Source of the DNA: Ruditapes philippinarum
Lineage: Eukaryota
Length of the DNA stretch: 64,000 bases
Reading direction: 5' to 3'
NCBI RefSeq assembly: GCF_026571515.1
Contig: NW_026866095.1
Span: 62,001 to 126,000 of the forward strand
The notes beneath the pieces are model-generated. The model ran no database searches, was not told where the DNA came from, and saw nothing but the letters and a program-made list of their open reading frames with translations. Shown here in pieces: positions 15,401 to 27,400 of the stretch. Position 1 is the first letter of the stretch. The number at the start of each line of letters is the position of its first letter. Both the position numbers and the translations under genes were made by a program.

Positions 15401-18400
15401 GATCAGTTAGCATAATGTCAGATGATCATTTAATTGTAGGGTCACATGATCATTTAACTATATGGTCACATGATCATTTAACTATATGGTCACATGATCA
15501 TTGAGCTATAAGGTCATGTGATCATTGAACTATAAGGTCACATGATCAGTTAGAATAATGTCACATGATCTTTTAACTGTAGGGTCACATGATCATTTAA
15601 CAGTTAGGTCACATGATTGTTTAACTTGATGGTCTCATGATCATTTAACTATAAGATCCCATGATCAGTTAGCATAATGTCACATGATCATTTAACCATA
15701 CATGATAAGGTCTCACTTCTAAACTTGCCTCCACATTGTGGTAAAGAAACAGCTTTAAAATGGATGACTTTAGTAATTAGGTAATTTTGAAGGTAAACAT
15801 TTAACAATTGTATCATTGCATAATATTAATTTCATCTTTTATAATCTAAATCATCATGGTCTGTAATAATTCTAATATATTTCTTTTTAGCTCGACTATT
15901 CGAAGAATATGAGAGCTATTGTAGTCGGCGTCAGCGTCCGCGTCGGCGTCTGCGTTGGTTAAAGTTTTTTGTAAATTCAAATATCTCAATTATTACTTGA
16001 GATATTAAATTGAAACTTACAATACTTATTTATAGTAACAAGGTACATCAGATTGACAAGTTGGATAACTCTGCCTACAATATTGACAGAATTATGCCCC
16101 TTTGGAACTTAGAAATTTTGGTTAAAGTTTTTTTGTAAAGTCAAATATCTCAATTATTGCTTGAGATATTCAATTGAAATTTAAAATACTTTTTTATAGT
16201 AACAATGTACATCAGTTTGCAAAATTGCATAACTCTGCCTGCAATATTTGCAGAATTATTTGCCCCTTTGAAACTTAGAAATTTTGGTTAAAGGTCTTCA
16301 AAGATATTTACTTGAAACTTTACACATGCACTTAGGGTCATAATTGGAGGGTCATAATTGTATGTCACTGACCAAGTTCCATAACTCTGTCTTGCATTAA
16401 GGCTGATTCATATCCCCTTTTCTACTTAGTGTCTTGGTTAATGTTTACATGCAAGTTTTACATATCTCAATAACTATTAAAGATATTTATTTAAAACTTC
16501 ACATATGCATTTAGGGTCATAATTGTAGGTCACTGACAAAGATCCATAATTCTATCTTGCATTTAGGCTGATTTTTCTCCCCTTTTTCAACTTAGAAATT
16601 CATGGTAAAGTTTTGCTTGTAAGCTGTTATCTCAATAACTACTGAAGGGTTTGTGCCTTTTTTGGGACAATTTTATGCATTCATAATAATAAAGCAGTGA
16701 TTTACTTGATAAAACATCTTAATAACAAGCCTTTGTACCTTTTCTGTCAAATTTATGTATTCATAGGTAATTAGTATTATTATACTCAATAAAACACCGT
16801 TGTGACATTACCTTCCAAATAGTCAAGCCAATACTGTATAATTAGACTCTCTTTAAGGCCTATAACATGAATTTATAAAAAAAAATTAGCCCTTTTGTGA
16901 ACTTAAAAAATTTAACAGTATCAAGGCTCTTTACTATCAAGCACTTAGAATAGTCGAGCGTGCTGTCCTACCGACAGCTCTTGTTATTATGATGTAGTTA
17001 CTTGTTTTAAAAATAAACACTTTTAAGAGGAATCATTTATAAACAAAGCATTTTATAGTAGTTTTGTAAAAACTGCAAGTGAAAGACAAAAATTAGTTCG
17101 TGTTACCTTAAAATAAATACCTGAAATCCAACTTTTCCTTTCTCTGCTATATCAACAAAGATATATACATGTACCTATTTTGAAGGACGGCTTCTCTGTC
17201 TAATTTTTGTAAAAAATTGAAGCTTCCAAAAGTTTGAACATTAATTATTATCGTCATGAATATGTGCAAAATAATTCATACAAAAAAATATTGTTTTTAG
17301 ACTTATCTTTATATTATAATTCTTTAGTGTACATGTTTAAGTACATTAGCTTTATAAGCAATGGAAGGGTATTTTACCTTAGTGACATTAATATATGGGT
17401 AAATATTTATCTTTATTTCAGTAGTAAGAAACCATTGTTTGAGTCAGCAGTAAGGAGAAATCAGATGAATATGTCTCCAAGATTCAAGAAAGAAGGTCAG
17501 AGAAAAAGCCCTAGAAGCCCTGAAAGGAAACGTAAATAAGTTTGATTCATTAAATAAACATTTGAAGCATTCCCTTAAATGATGAATAAAACTTGTATAG
17601 AATTTCTGTCAATGTAGAGCCATCATTTTGGTATCAGATTTTTTCAATGTTGGTGCAAAATGACCTTTACCATTTGAGAAAGACCACTTTACAACAGAGA
17701 CCTATTGTCATTCCCCTGGTCTTAATAGACAAGTTAACTTTTGAATATTTAGGATTATAGCTTACATTGTCATAATGTAAGACAAATGAATAATAATGCA
17801 TTTATCTGTGACTAACAATCATAACATTTATGTATGTCTACTTTTATATATATTACTATGTATAAATATTGTTTATACATCTATTAGTTTTAGAGACAAG
17901 TCCCCGTTCCAAGTCTTTATTGGAGCAACTGAAAACACTTCCATCAGCACAACCACCTGAACAACAACAACAGCCAGTATCTGGTATGCAGCAGTCAGCA
18001 ATACAAACATCTCCAGTACCAAACTCAAGTCAACAACAGCAGCAGCCAGAAACTGAGCAAGCTGAAGATGAATTAAACTCATCAACAGATTTCTTTAGTT
18101 TTAAGAGGAAGGACACAAGCAGGGACCAGTCTGCTGATTTACAGACTGGTTTACAACAGACAGGTTCGACTCAAACCAGTCTACCACAAAGTCTACCACA
18201 GACTAGTTCCTTGCAGATGGGAATGCAACCAGACTTTACAGTTCAAGCCAGTATCCAGTCTACTCAGAATATGGGATTCCCATCTAGCTCCCAGCAGTAT
18301 CAGACTGGTATTCCAAGTATGCCAGATATGATGACTGGTTCTCAGATGTCTGGTACCCAGCAGTTACAACAACAACAGCAACTTCTGCAGCGTCAGCAGC

Positions 18401-21400
18401 AAATAAAACAGCAACAGATAATGAAACAGGTACAGCGACAGCAACAAATGTTGCAGAGACAGCAACAGCAATTTCAACAGCAATTACAGCAACAACTTCA
18501 GCAACCACTTGTCCCAGAAGCACAGGTATATTGTTTAAATGTGTACAGTTTTGGGCTGATTGAGTTTATACTGTTTCTATATTTCTATGTTGCTTTTATA
18601 GTTGAAATAAAAAAAAAGATATGTAAGAAGTAACAACAATAATAATTTCAATAATTTTGAAAGGGTTTTCAATGCTTGTTGTGCATAACATCAGCCAAAT
18701 ATTTTTAAATATTATTTATTTTTTCATATATTGACATTTCAGTTATTCAGCACAGGAAGTTCAATGTTTATGGATGACATGAGTTTTGGTCTGGCAGGCC
18801 AGGTGGATCTTGATGCTCAGTCCAAGGTTTGAGCCTTTTGTGACTTAAACATAACCAGGCTAAAATTTTTGAAAAAAAAATACCAGTGATTTTCTGCATA
18901 GACATTTAGAAAAGTAGCTTATTATCCCCCGCCGAAAAGGCGGCGGGGAAAAAAAAAAATAGTCTCCGTCCGTCTGTCCGTCCGACCTTCCGTCCGTCCG
19001 TCCGTCCTTCCGTCCGACATTTTTGTCCAGAGCATATCTCTAAAAGTATTTGAGTTATCAACTTGAAACTTCATAGGCTGATAGACCTCATTGAGGAGGA
19101 GTGCAGTGCACAAGAATGATAACTCTACCCTGCATAATTTTTGAGTTATTGCCCTTTGTTATTTTTCAAAATTGATTTTTGTCCAGATCATAACTCCAAA
19201 AGCCTATGAGATATCAACATGAAACTTCATAGGTGCATATATCTCACTCAGGAGGTGTGCAGTGCACAAGAATGATAACTCTACCTTTCATAATTTTTGA
19301 GATATTGCCCTTTGTTATTTTTCATACTTAATTTTTCACCTGAGTGGAGCAAAACTCAAAAGTGTTTGAGATATCAACATGAAATGTCATAGTTGGATAG
19401 ATCTTATTGAGGAGGAATGTTGTGCGCAAGAATGATAACTCTTCCCTATACAATTTTTGAGTTATTGCCCTTTGTTCTTTTTCATGCTATTTTGTCCAGA
19501 GCTTATCTCAAAAAGTATTTGAGGTATCAACTTGAAACTTCATAGGTGGATGGATCTTATTGAGGAGGAGTGCATTGCACAAGAATGATAACTCTACCCT
19601 GCATTATTTTTGAGTTATTGCCCTTTGTTATTTTTCAAAATTTATTTTTGTCCAGAGCATAACTAAAAAAGCCTTTGAGATATCAAAATGAAACTTCATA
19701 GGTGCATAGATCTCACTCAGGAGGTGTGCAGTGCACAAGAATGATAACTCTACCTTTCATAATTTTTGAGTTATTGCCCTTTGTTATTTTTCATACCTAA
19801 TTTTTCACCCGAGTGGAGCATAACTCAAAAAGTGTTTGAGATGTCAACATGAAATGTCATATGTGGATAGATTTTAATGAGGAGGAATGCTGTGCACAAG
19901 AATGATAACTCTTCCCTGTACAATTTTTGAGTTCTTGCCCTTTGTTCTTTTTCATACTATTTTGTCCGGAGCTTATCTCAAAAAGTATTTGAGGTATCAA
20001 CTTGAAACTTCATAGGTGGATGAATCTCATTGAGGCAGAGTGCAGTGCACAAGAACGATAACTCTACCCTGCATAATTGTTTTAGTTATTGCCCTTTTTT
20101 ATTTTTCAAAATTAATTTTTGTCCAGAGCATAACTCAAAAGGCCTTTGAGATATCATTATGAAACTTCATAGGTGCATAGATCTCACTCAGGAGTTGTGC
20201 AGTGCACAAGAATGATAACTCTACCATTTATAATTTTTGAGTTATTGCCCTTTGTTATTTTTCATACTTAATTTTTCAATTCAATTTTTTTCTCAAAAAG
20301 TATTTGAGGTACCAACTTGAAACTTCATAGGTGGATAGATTTTACTGAGGAGGGATGCAGCACACAAGAATGATAACCTACCCTGCATTATTTTTCAGTT
20401 ATTGCCCTTTGTTATTTTCAGCCATCAGTATTCACATAGGTTTCAAATCTGTAATCACTATAGCCATCAGTTTTCATTACCAAAAGACCTCTTAAAATGG
20501 AATTATTCTGCTCTACTACATAATTATACATTCTTCCAATGAGCAAACACATTCGGCGGGGGATGGCCATGTTGACATGGCTCTTGTTTGATTTTTGAAA
20601 TACAATTAATCAAAATATAAGATTAAAAAACAAAATGTGTTTCACTAAAAAAATCTGTTAAAAAACAAAATGTGTTGCACTTAAAAAATCTGTTTTTGAA
20701 TAATGTCCAACAGTTAGAGCACTAACAAAAACTTTTTGTGAAAATAAGAAGAACTGATGGGTAATTACAAAGGTAGTACAATTTCTGACAAACTAATCTG
20801 TTTTACAGATCCGACGTTTAGAGGTTGAGCTACAGTATGCTAAAGATATCTTGGCCAGTACTAAACTGAGGTACGAGGAAGAAATTGCAGCCATAGAAAC
20901 ATCATTCAAGTAAGTCAAACTTTATATAATACATAGAGGGGAGATGTGACCTAGTGGTTCCAGTGTCTGCCAGTCTAGCCAGGGATTGCAGGTGTCATGA
21001 AATTGTTACCTTATACATGTATCTCACAAGAGAGCTTCCCAAGATGCTACAAGTTTTTTCACAAACTGTAAAAGATAATATATAAACAAAGTTGTTACTT
21101 CAAGCTTTAAGTAATGTGAAAAAAAGACACAAAATGTTCTTTTCTAAACTAAAAAGGCAAAAAATTGTTGCAATGTTTGATGTAAAAGAGCATGAACTCC
21201 TCAGAGAAGTATAATGTTACATATTTTATAAAGAATGAAATGATGTATCTAATTTGTATAGTCATAATTTTAAATATGTATAATTGTGTTTACTGTCATT
21301 GTTTTATTTATTATGTTCATTTTGCAGGAACAGAATTGCTCTCCAAGAGGAAACTCACACTAAAAGAGAGCAAAGGTAAGTGTTTAAGAAATAACCTTAG

Positions 21401-24400
21401 ATATAAGTGTATAGAATATAAATGAACACAACAGAATCGAACAGAAGTTCATTTCATAACTTACACAATACAATTATAGTTGATATCAGAGTTTAATACT
21501 AGAGGAAATATTCTGTGCAACATGTTTCGGGTCACCTAGCGATTTTTGGTAAATTCATTCACATTCTTATATATACTCTCCTACATTAAAGCTGCATGCC
21601 TCCAGATGAACCAAAACATTTCAAGAAAATCAATTTTGACTTTAAGAAAAGTAAAAATATTCACAATTCAAGTAATGATTTACTTGTTATATGCAATTGC
21701 AGTATTTATCATAAAATTTCTCCTGTATGACTAATGCAGTATAAACTATTTTTGCATATTTTGACCTTTATTTGGTAATTTACCTGAATTGAATGTGCTG
21801 TTTGCAACGTGAAAATTACTTTTGTTGTTCACATGACAATATTTTATTTCTTAAAACATTTTCAAAATTTTCTTGAAAATAAGCATGAATCTGGAGGTGT
21901 GCTGTTTTAAAGAATAATACCTGCCCTTGTTAAAGTATAATGAAACACTTGCATGTTATGATATTTTCTATATAATTATAAGATGGAGGGCAGAGAATGA
22001 AGCATTATTAAATCAACAATTATCAAAGATGAAACAGATGGAGGATCAGAAGTCAGATATATTATCTAACATGTACAAAAAACTGGAGGAAAGTGAGAAA
22101 GATAAAGCTCAAGAAATAGAAAAACTCAAAGAAATACAAAGGTACAAAGGATTGTCAAATAGTAACTCTGAATACATTTGTCAATTAAATGTTCATATTT
22201 AATACCATCTTTATTTGGAATTTCCCTATAAGCCTTATTTTGAAGGCATTCCATTTCATTTACAATTTGTATGAGTATGGGCTGTTCTATCTTGTAAAAA
22301 GGAATTGACTTTGAAGGAACTTTACTTAGGTCCAAAAACCTAAATAAAAACATAAAACTTGAATTATTACATAGATCAACTGGAGCCTTTAAAAAGAATG
22401 ATTTGCAAAGGACAAAGAAATAATACTCTTGAATTTTTGCTCATTTATCACAATTAGTAGATTATTCTGGAAAACTGAGTGATCTAATGATCTAAAATGT
22501 TGTACACAAGTTACAAGTCTACCCTAAGTCAAATGGAACATTAATCTTGAAAAATTATTTCTAGTCCCTTCATGTCAAAAACCTTTGTGGAGTCCCTTTA
22601 AGTTTTCCTTCTGTGTGTTTCAAGTATTTGTAATTAAATGTTTATTATTGTAATGAAGGTTTGGTTTACTTTGCAATAAAGAAATTTCTTTTTTAACTCA
22701 TTAAAGCAATGAGCATTATTATTTTTTAAGTGCAACTAGGAATGGCTGAAATTTTACAGGCTATAGGAATAAGATATAACTTCATTTCTTTTTATGGGAA
22801 GAAAGATTTAAAGATTTTTAAGTAGCATTCAACATCTGAAGTTAAAATCAAAAAGAGGCAAGGAAATGTTTTTTTGAAATTTTGGGCTTAAAAATGTTTT
22901 GTTCAAAAGGATTTCAAAAAATTGGGTTTTTAACTTTGGGCTGAAATTTTTGGAAAAAACCATGGCTTCCCTTTGACTGTTTTAAAAATTATAGAAATAA
23001 TTTCAAGACAAGCTTTTAAAGGGGAAAAATAAAGAAGGAACGAAGGAGACCGGAAAAAGTTTTAGGGAACGTTCTAAAAAATTAAGCGATGATGCAAGCT
23101 GCGCTAGTAAAATTGATACTTTTAAGGAAATTTTGTAGTCCCTTTTGTTTTTTTAAAAGAAAAAAAACCCTTAAAATTTTTAAAACAAAAACAAAAAAAT
23201 ATTCCCAAATTTTGTTTAAAAAAGAGTTGTTTTTAAAATTTTTTGGGGAAAAATTTTTAAAACCTTTTGACTTTGTACGAATTATTGTTGTCCTTACAGA
23301 AAATGTGGGGGAATGAGGTCGGTTGTTGCTTTTGTTTTAAAATTTTAATATTCAGCAGCCATACATATAAAATCTGGTCAGACTGTGTCCACTAAATTAA
23401 CATTGTACTAAACTAGTGGCATTGCTGATTGTATTCAAAGATTTAAGAATCTATATAAGTAAGCATTGTTTATGGATAGGATTTATTCCTCTAAATTAGA
23501 CAAAAACTTGGTACATGTAATTTGTTTTCAGGTTCTCTAATTATTGAGTTTATTATTGTTATCTCTTGGCTAATAATTCTTCTCTTTATCTGTTAAAATT
23601 ATAATAATAATAATACATGTATATATACTGTAAATGATGCCAGGTCAGAGTTTCCTGAGAAGTTTCATCATTTAGTCACACTTGGACTTTAATGTTAATT
23701 GGGGAAATATTTTTTATTTGATGTTTTATATAAAATTTTGGAATATAAGATACATACATTAGCATTTTTCAGTAGTATTGATTTAAATTTTATTTGCTAT
23801 GGATTTATTTTGTTAAATAACTATTTTTTCAGGTCGTTAATAGCAGCTGTTGAACTAATCAATAATAATGCCAAAGATTTAGGAGATTTACAGCATAAGG
23901 TGCAAAACTGGCATGCTCAAGGTCTAGATGACAGAGAGATAACTCTTAGAGCTAAAGATGAACAACTTAAAAGTAAGTTAGATATCAGTTATGATATAAT
24001 TATGTTGTCAAATGCATTCAATAATTTTACCCTATTTTTGGACACACAAGACCTGTTATTGTTCCACTGTCAGTCTCTGAGAATAATCTAGTGTACTGCT
24101 GTAGGAAAAGCTCCTATAACCAATAGCTACTACCTATTATTCCCTCTTTAAGTATAATAGGATTGCAGAAGTTTTAATGATTCTTGATATCAACATATTT
24201 GATATGCAAAATTTCAGCAATGTTACTCTATTATTTAACAATTCCTACTTGACCATCATTGACTATAGGGTGTTAACTGTCGATAATGAAAATACAATGG
24301 ATATTTCAGTGTTACAAGATCGTCTAAACAAGCAGCAGGAAGACAATGATCAGGAACGTCAGAGACTTCAGGAGCTTGTAGCGCGTCTAGAGACACAGAT

Positions 24401-27400
24401 TAGAGAACAAACACGCATGCTCGAGGAGGTATATAAATTAACAGTGTTTTGCTTCTGCAAATAATCTTTTAATGGATATTTTAAGACTTTTATCAAAACT
24501 GAAATACATAAAAATATATACAAATCTGATTACTGCAGTATATTTATTTAGAGGAAAGATATAATATTTTTATTATATGAAAAATATTTTATGTTGTTTA
24601 TATGGAGGATCTGTTATTTAATTCTAGGAAGAATGTTTTGAAATGATAGGAAAAATGTTTTTTGTTATACAAGTAGTAAAATATTTTAAGAAATATATTG
24701 TATTTGATTATAGGATAATAAGAAAGATAATGTGTTTCAAATATAGGAAAGTTACTTAATTATAGGAAAGATATTGTATTTAATTACAGGAAAGATGGAA
24801 GGTAAAACAAGAGCAGTCTAGATTACAAGGGTTACAGACGGCATTAGAGGATGAGAGGAGAGCCTGGAGTGATCATCAAGCTAGAGAAAGAACTAACATG
24901 GAAAAAAGTAGAGTATGTATACCAAAATACATAGACCTATTTATATAAATGTGATTCTTTTGTCTGAGATACAGTCACCACTGTGGGCTAAAATCCCATA
25001 AAGATCTTTTGAATCTTTCATGTGAGAAGCTATCTAGCTAGCTTTCAAAAGGGAGATGGTTCCTCGATCAGTAAAGATGGAAAGTTACCATATCAGTTTT
25101 GTGTCTAAAAATACCCACATTACCCACAAAAAAAATATGATAAGCAGCAAAGTATGAAATAGGTTTATTGTTGTGGTTTTTTATAAAAATGTAAAATGGA
25201 TTTCATTTAAAGCATCAATAGGCATGTCTTAAATTAATTGCAGGAAGGCATTATTGGAGGTAGACAAAGATCAAACACTTTTGGGCACAGTATATCATAA
25301 GGAAACCCAAAACAGGGCGGGGCCCTAGCAGAGGAACCCCAAGTCAGTTTTGCCATGAAAAGAAATGGCGAAGGAAGAAGGTGGCCAGTATCAGATCAAG
25401 TCAGCACAAGCTAAAGCTGAATTTGAGGCCCTCACAAAGGCTATAGCTGAGGCCCGGGACAGGTCTGTTTTTATGGATATTTTTATATACAAAAAAGACA
25501 AAAAAGAAAAATTTAAAGAATATTTCAGAATATTAGTCATTTATAGAATATTTTGTAAGTATAAGAACCCCTTGACAAATAAGAAAAATGAAAGCTAGCA
25601 TGTTCTTTAAGACACAGTGTTTTGTTCCATTTTTATTGCATATAAAGGACTAAATAAAATGTTATTGCCAATGTTGATGGAGGAAAATGAATTGAATATT
25701 AACTAAGGATGTGGCTATAAGATCAAGTTAACACCAATAGTCTATAAGTGTAAAAATCTGACTAATGATGGATTTATTTGACCACTGAAATAGATAATCA
25801 ACAGTGTCTGTAATAACAGGAAAAGTTGTTTTTTAACTTTGTATTTTTTGTAACAGATGGATATACAGTAAGATTATAAAAAGAATTTGTGTTTAGGTAG
25901 TTAAGATAGTCTTGAAAGTTTATGAAAATGAAGATGCTTGTTTCCCCCTCCCCTACCTAGGGATGTTGCCCTAGACTCACCATAGTAACCTGGCCCCAAA
26001 CAGAATCTGAGATTTTTAGAAATTTTAACATTCACATAGAATAATGTATAGAATACTATATTGATACAGGTATGAATCTATGAAGGAAACAAACAGAAAT
26101 GAGGAGGATCGTCTACAAGAGGAGAGGAGAAGAATGGAGAAAGAGAGAAATAAGATGGAAAATAAGGAAGCTGAGCTGATGGAAGCCGCTAACATGATAC
26201 AAGAAAAATCTCGCGAAATAGAAGATACATATACTGTAAGCCACAGAGATATGTTACTTTGTAATAAAGTGGTCTCTAAAATGAAAGTCAGAGTTCTTGG
26301 ATAATTGGGTACTGTATGTTTGAACCCCACCAGACACTATGAATTTTTTACAAGCGGCCGATGATTCTACTCATATGCAAGCTCATGACTGATAAAATGC
26401 AAAGAATGGCAGGCTATAAATTTGGAAACTGGCAATATTATCTTGATATTGTAACTTTAAACACAATGAAAAATAGATAAATAAGGGAAATATTTTCCCC
26501 ATTGTTATATACATGAATTATGTATATAAGAATATACTATAATGAATATATATATTTACAGGAAGGACAGAGAAAGTTTGAGGAAGGAATGGTGGCTCTA
26601 GCAGAAGCACAGAGAATTGAGAGTGAGGAAGGAAAGAGAATTGATACAATCAATCATCAGCTTAATCTACTTAAAATGAAGGAGAAAGAAATGGCAGATG
26701 TAAGATTATTGTTGTTTTCATTGCCAAAAAATTCAACTTTCTGTTTATTTTCAGAACAATTTTCCATATGTTTGTAACATTGCTTTTCTTAGGATGATCA
26801 TAAAGTTTTAATTGTCCAGAAACTGCAATTTTTTAATTTTGATTTCTTAACAAAAGCATTTGACAATAAGTTTTTAAAATGTGGGTTTTCTGTGTTACAT
26901 TTTTAAATTTGTGGAAAAATGGTTTTTTACGATATTTAGCTTTTTTTAAAAAAATTTTAAAACATTTGCAATATCAAAAAAAATTTGACAAAAAAAATTA
27001 AAAAATTTAATTTTTTTTCATATTTAACCAAAATTTTCTAAATTTCAAAATTTTTCTTGTTTTGAAAATTGATTTAAATTTTTGAAAAAACATTTACTAA
27101 TAAAAAGTTTTTTTTTGTTTTTACTAGGAATTGAGGGTTATTTGAAAGGGGAAAAAAGAGATCATGAGAAAATTCACGGGAAAAAAAAACTTGGTTTGTC
27201 CTTTAACCCTAAAACATTTAAAAACTAGAACTGTAAATAACCCCACAACAATAACAATACTTCCCCTTTTAAAGGTAAACCCCAATCTAACAGGTTTTTC
27301 CAAAAACAGATATAACCTCAGGGTTAAAAACTTTTTTAAAGACTTGGCCTTTTTTTTAAATTTTTAACTGGGCCATTTTTTATTTATTTTTTAAAAAATT

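Noticed and set aside
15290-15705. CRISPR-like array (also considered at 49441-49703 and 57110-57775)
   Set aside because: Head-to-tail repeats without unique spacers, no cas genes, eukaryotic context.
4898-18523. Minus-strand ORFs 4898..5146, 5918..6211, 9613..9942, 17873..18085, 18284..18523
   Set aside because: Antisense shadows of FBF1 exons.
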